This document shows, piece after piece, positions 60,612-64,000 of a DNA stretch of 64,000 nucleotides. Position 1 is the first letter of the stretch. Every line of letters begins with the position of its first letter. This stretch comes from an uncultured delta proteobacterium (GTDB lineage: Bacteria > Desulfobacterota > Binatia > UBA9968): contig CAVSLC010000005.1 in NCBI GenBank assembly GCA_963728565.1, forward strand, positions 224,001-288,000, given 5' to 3'. The notes under the pieces are model-generated. The model was given only the letters and a program-made list of their open reading frames with translations. It was not told where the DNA came from and did not search any database. A program made the position numbers and the translations under genes.

Positions 60612-62129
60612 ATGAAGATGAGGTTTCTGGGATTAGGAATGCTATCTGCGTTCCTTCTGGCTGTCCCGGCCCTTGCGCAAAACGTCGATCAGAAGATCCA
60701 GGCGCTTGAGCAAGAGCTGTTGCAGTTAAAGGAGCAGCAGATCGAGTTGAAGAAAGAGGCCACCGAAGCGGCAGCCGCTATGCCGAATTTCAGTTACCGT
60801 CCGGGTAACGGCCTGAATATTGAGGCAGCGGACAAGTCATGGTCTTTCCGCCCCACCATCGAAACTTATTTCCGCATGCTGTTCGAAGAAGGGCGAGATC
60901 AAGTAGGCCGCACCAACGGCGAGATCATGGGCCGCCGTTTCCGGCCGGGATTCTTTTTCTGTATCAACAACTGCTTGTGGGAGCTCGAGGCAACATTTGA
61001 TATGGACGGTTTCGGAACCGGCAACGCCAAGAACGCAACCGGCGACGATGTCGGGTCCATATTGCAGCGCGGCGCTCTGAACGTTCATCTGGAAAACTTC
61101 AATCCGTTTTTGCCGACCGTGCAGCTTGGCATGGAAGTTTCCGGTAGCATGAGCAGCGCGCGCCAGGGTTCCGGCGCCGTGGGCGCGCAGGCTGAGTACG
61201 ATCTGCACACCCGTAACAACGGCTTTCAACACCGGCCGCGCGGGCCAGGGTATCATGCTGAACTGGGACGACAGGTCGCTCTCGGGAATCGGCATTCCCG
61301 GTCGGATCGGCCGTTTCCAACTCGGCATGGGATCATTCGGTGAGCGGGACGATGGACTCAGCAGTTTCACTGATCAAAAAAGATTTCAATACCTACCTGA
61401 GCCTCCAGCCGTTTTCGCAACTGAAGAGTTTCTGGATCCAGGGTCTAACTCTCGAAATGGGCGCCTGGTTCTGTAATGTCGATAACCGCGCAATCGATAA
61501 CGGCTGCAACCGCTATCGCATCCAGGATCATGGCGACGGCGGACGTCAGACACTGTTTGACAGCGGCGCCAACTCGATCGGCGACGGCCTGCATATCGCT
61601 CTGACCCCAGGCATCGTCTGGAACATTGGTCCCCTGACGTTGCGCGGCATGGCGCATCGCCAGAGAAGTGAAGATGATGGCGGAACCCGGGGGCGGAAGA
61701 AAGGTGACAGTTGGTTGGCCGGTCCGACCTGTTCCTGTGGAGCCCCAAGGGTTTCCTGACAGGTTCTTCGGCAACTCCGGGCTCGATTCTGTTGGGCACT
61801 CACTTTGAGCGAGTCGACATGGAAATCGATTGCAATGGCACCACCGGCATCTCCAGTGCGGCTACCGGGTGGTCACCTGGCTCAGTTCCACCGCAATCGA
61901 ATTCTCTTGCGGGAAGCGGACCTCTGGTATTTCGTCGCGCCGCGCATGAGCATCGGTGTCAACTGGCTTTGGTATGATGCTTCGAACTTGCGCAACGGGG
62001 CCAACCAGGCCGCGCCATAACTTGGGTTATGCGACACGCCAAACGTCACCACGCCGCGACTGGTTGCAGAAACGGTAAAGGCGGCGACTGGCATGACACT
62101 GCTTCCTAAACTGGCGCTATACGTTCTAA
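60612..62129 (+). CDS. Outer-membrane porin-like beta-barrel (OprO/OprP-like architecture), multiple frameshifts
   Basis: AAGGAGG RBS; signal peptide ALA-QN; N-terminal coiled coil; alternating beta-strand segments over several frames; ends FLNWRYTF-stop just before a strong terminator. Confidence 0.7.
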
Positions 62130-62150
62130 ACGCGTTTAACGCTCGCAACC

Positions 62151-62184
62151 AAAAGGGGAGTCAGAAATGACTCCCCTTTTTTTT
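62151..62184 (+). terminator. Intrinsic terminator, possibly bidirectional
   Basis: AAAAGGGGAGTCA-GAAA-TGACTCCCC followed by T8. Confidence 0.92.
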
Positions 62185-62308
62185 GGGACTGAATAGCTGC
62201 TGATTTCACATATCCACTCCTTGCAAATTCGGAATGACGCCGTATTATTTCGAAAACAAACCCGCGCCTGTAACAAGCGCGAGCAAGCCCAAAAGGAACA
62301 AAGTATCT

Positions 62309-62938
62309 ATGAAGAGTCTAGTCATAGACCGAAGAAATGTTCTATTTTCGTTTTTCACGCTGATTCTTTTGGTGGCGCTTATCGGCTGCAACCATGCGAT
62401 CCCCAGATTTGGCATCGGTGGCCGGTACGAAGAGGGGCGAGATCAATTCTTTCGCGGCAAAGGCGGCGATATGGACCGCGCGGTGGAGGCGTTGGAGTAC
62501 GTCGTCAGCCGTGATCCGTTATACAAGGACAGCTTGACCTATTTGGGCCGGGCTTATTACCGAAAAGGACGCTATCAGGACGCCTTCGCTATCTTGCAAC
62601 GCGCCGTGGCGGCAAACAAAGATGATGAGGTTGCCTGGATCGCGTTGGGACTAACCCAAATGCGCTTGGGACAAACCGACAAGGCGATGGATTCGCTCAA
62701 GGGCGGCATCACCTTGGCGCATAAGGTGATGGTGGAGGGCTACCACAATCACAAAAATTGGGACAGCCGGGGCGTGGTCCGCGGCGCGCTGCGGCGCTCC
62801 GCCTTTCTCCTGGCTAAAGGTCCGGAGGAAAGAGACAATATCCTCCAGACCAATGACCGACTTTTAGCGCTCGTCGACGATGAGGAAAATTTTCAGAAAA
62901 ACGCCCGGCTCCAAAACAATAATCAGATCTACAATTAA
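62309..62938 (+). CDS. TPR lipoprotein
   Basis: Lipobox LIGC; TPRs SLTYLGRAYYRKG and AWIALGLTQMRLG. Confidence 0.8.
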   Translation: MKSLVIDRRNVLFSFFTLILLVALIGCNHAIPRFGIGGRYEEGRDQFFRGKGGDMDRAVEALEYVVSRDPLYKDSLTYLGRAYYRKGRYQDAFAILQRAVAANKDDEVAWIALGLTQMRLGQTDKAMDSLKGGITLAHKVMVEGYHNHKNWDSRGVVRGALRRSAFLLAKGPEERDNILQTNDRLLALVDDEENFQKNARLQNNNQIYN

Positions 62939-62941
62939 TTT

Positions 62942-63574
62942 TCAGGGCTCTTCGCCGCCACCGCCGTCATTCTCGCGGTTTCTCTCCAAGGTCTCGTCGC
63001 GTCTGGCACGATCGTTCTCGAGTTCCATTTGCTTTCCGACCCATTCACCGGCAGTGATAAGCTTAGGCCAATCGATATCTCTCCCGGAAATCATCGCTAA
63101 GTCCGTCTGAATCGCCGAACGTATTTCGCGCCCCGGATCCCAGAATCTGCCAAAGGACGAGCCGTGGTTCTGATCCACATACTCCAACCATTGATGCACT
63201 CCACGCAGGCCACCTTCGATCTCCTTAAGGCCTCTCTGGCGGTCGCCCTCTCGAGCTAACGCAAGGCCGAAATAGAGTCTGGAAAGATCTTCTTGACGAT
63301 TAGCGGCAAGCGCTCGCTCAAGCGCCTCGCGCGCTTGAGGAAGCCGCCCCATATCGTAATTCACCCGGCCGACGTAACTCCAGACTCCCTGGCGTAGCGC
63401 GGTGCCGTAAACATAGTTTGGGTCCACTTCCGCAGCCTTTTGGAAATGTGCATAGGCGGCTTCGTTATTGCCGATAAGGTAAGCCTGTCTTCCTGAGTTG
63501 ACCTCCCGAGCGGCTTGAAAACCGGCGCAACCCGAAAGGAGCAGAATTAGCGCGACTGAAATGCTGGTTTTCAT
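62942..63574 (-). CDS. TPR lipoprotein, paralog of 62309-62938
   Basis: AGGAGG RBS; lipobox LSGC; WSYVGRVNYDMG and LYFGLALAREG. Confidence 0.82.
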   Translation of the reverse strand: MKTSISVALILLLSGCAGFQAAREVNSGRQAYLIGNNEAAYAHFQKAAEVDPNYVYGTALRQGVWSYVGRVNYDMGRLPQAREALERALAANRQEDLSRLYFGLALAREGDRQRGLKEIEGGLRGVHQWLEYVDQNHGSSFGRFWDPGREIRSAIQTDLAMISGRDIDWPKLITAGEWVGKQMELENDRARRDETLERNRENDGGGGEEP

Positions 63575-63809
63575 GATTCCTCCTGATCAACAAAGATAAT
63601 CCTGCGCATCTAAAAAAACAATATGCACGTCACTGGCCGTCAGACGCCGGGGAACGCGGTCTGGCTAAGATGTGGGCCACAGTTAGGGCAAGAGATTCGA
63701 TCATGAGCCGATAAGCTGGACGACGTGATGCCCCCAATGAGTACCCGGCTACTCGTGCGTTAGATCTCTGAGGTCAACTAAGATGGTTTCGAACAGTGAT
63801 CAGGTTCCC

Positions 63810-64000
63810 CTAAGTAGCGAATCCAAGTAGGGTCATCCACACCCGGGCAGCGATAACCGCAACCATTATGCCATAAATCTGCCGAAGAGCTTTGGCGGAA
63901 ATGTTGCCGTGGAGCTTTTCTCCGAGTAACGCGCCGATAGCTGCTCCGATGACCACGGTGGAGGCGAGCAGTAAGGGAATCTGGCCAGTCAGAAGCTTCC
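63810..64000 (-). CDS. 3' end of a membrane protein, probably TauE/SafE (sulfite exporter) family; 5' end outside window
   Basis: Manual translation: KLLTGQIPLLLASTVVIGAAIGALLGEKLHGNISAKALRQIYGIMVAVIAARVWMTLLGFAT-stop. Confidence 0.6.
   Translation of the reverse strand, partial: KLLTGQIPLLLASTVVIGAAIGALLGEKLHGNISAKALRQIYGIMVAVIAARVWMTLLGFAT

Overview
Bacterial chromosomal window of moderately high GC with no rRNA, CRISPR array or intact transposase/integrase. The gene content (six NMT1/THI5-type solute-binding proteins, UbiD and amidohydrolase paralogs, short-period intergenic palindromes) suggests a diderm soil bacterium such as Candidatus Binatia; this is an inference. Left to right: a GH63 3' end, a truncated histidine kinase, tRNA-Phe with a small AT-richer islet, a LigB/LigA-like dioxygenase pair, nth and a Nudix hydrolase. 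Next is a DUF1302-DUF1329-YCF48-MMPL operon with an appended solute-binding protein, then lnt, fabI and other housekeeping genes, and a patch of small ORFs. A ~23 kb aromatic/heteroaromatic-acid catabolic region (28.3-51.2 kb) carries two ABC importers, an HpaD-like dioxygenase fused to an unrecognised N-terminal domain, an amidohydrolase, DUF1989, two UbiD decarboxylases, an LLM oxidoreductase, a three-subunit Mo hydroxylase and an exported cyclase-family hydrolase. The right end holds a TolC-MFP-RND pump, a BamD with a long repeat-bearing tail, a Cys-rich porin and two convergent paralogous TPR lipoproteins. Many genes are broken by single-base indels that look like long-read consensus errors. 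Best novelty candidates: the catabolic cluster, the dioxygenase fusion, the 9-bp-period GTTCAA/TTGAAC palindromic elements, the BamD tail and the DUF1302 operon. All family calls come from motif recognition by eye; no searches were run.
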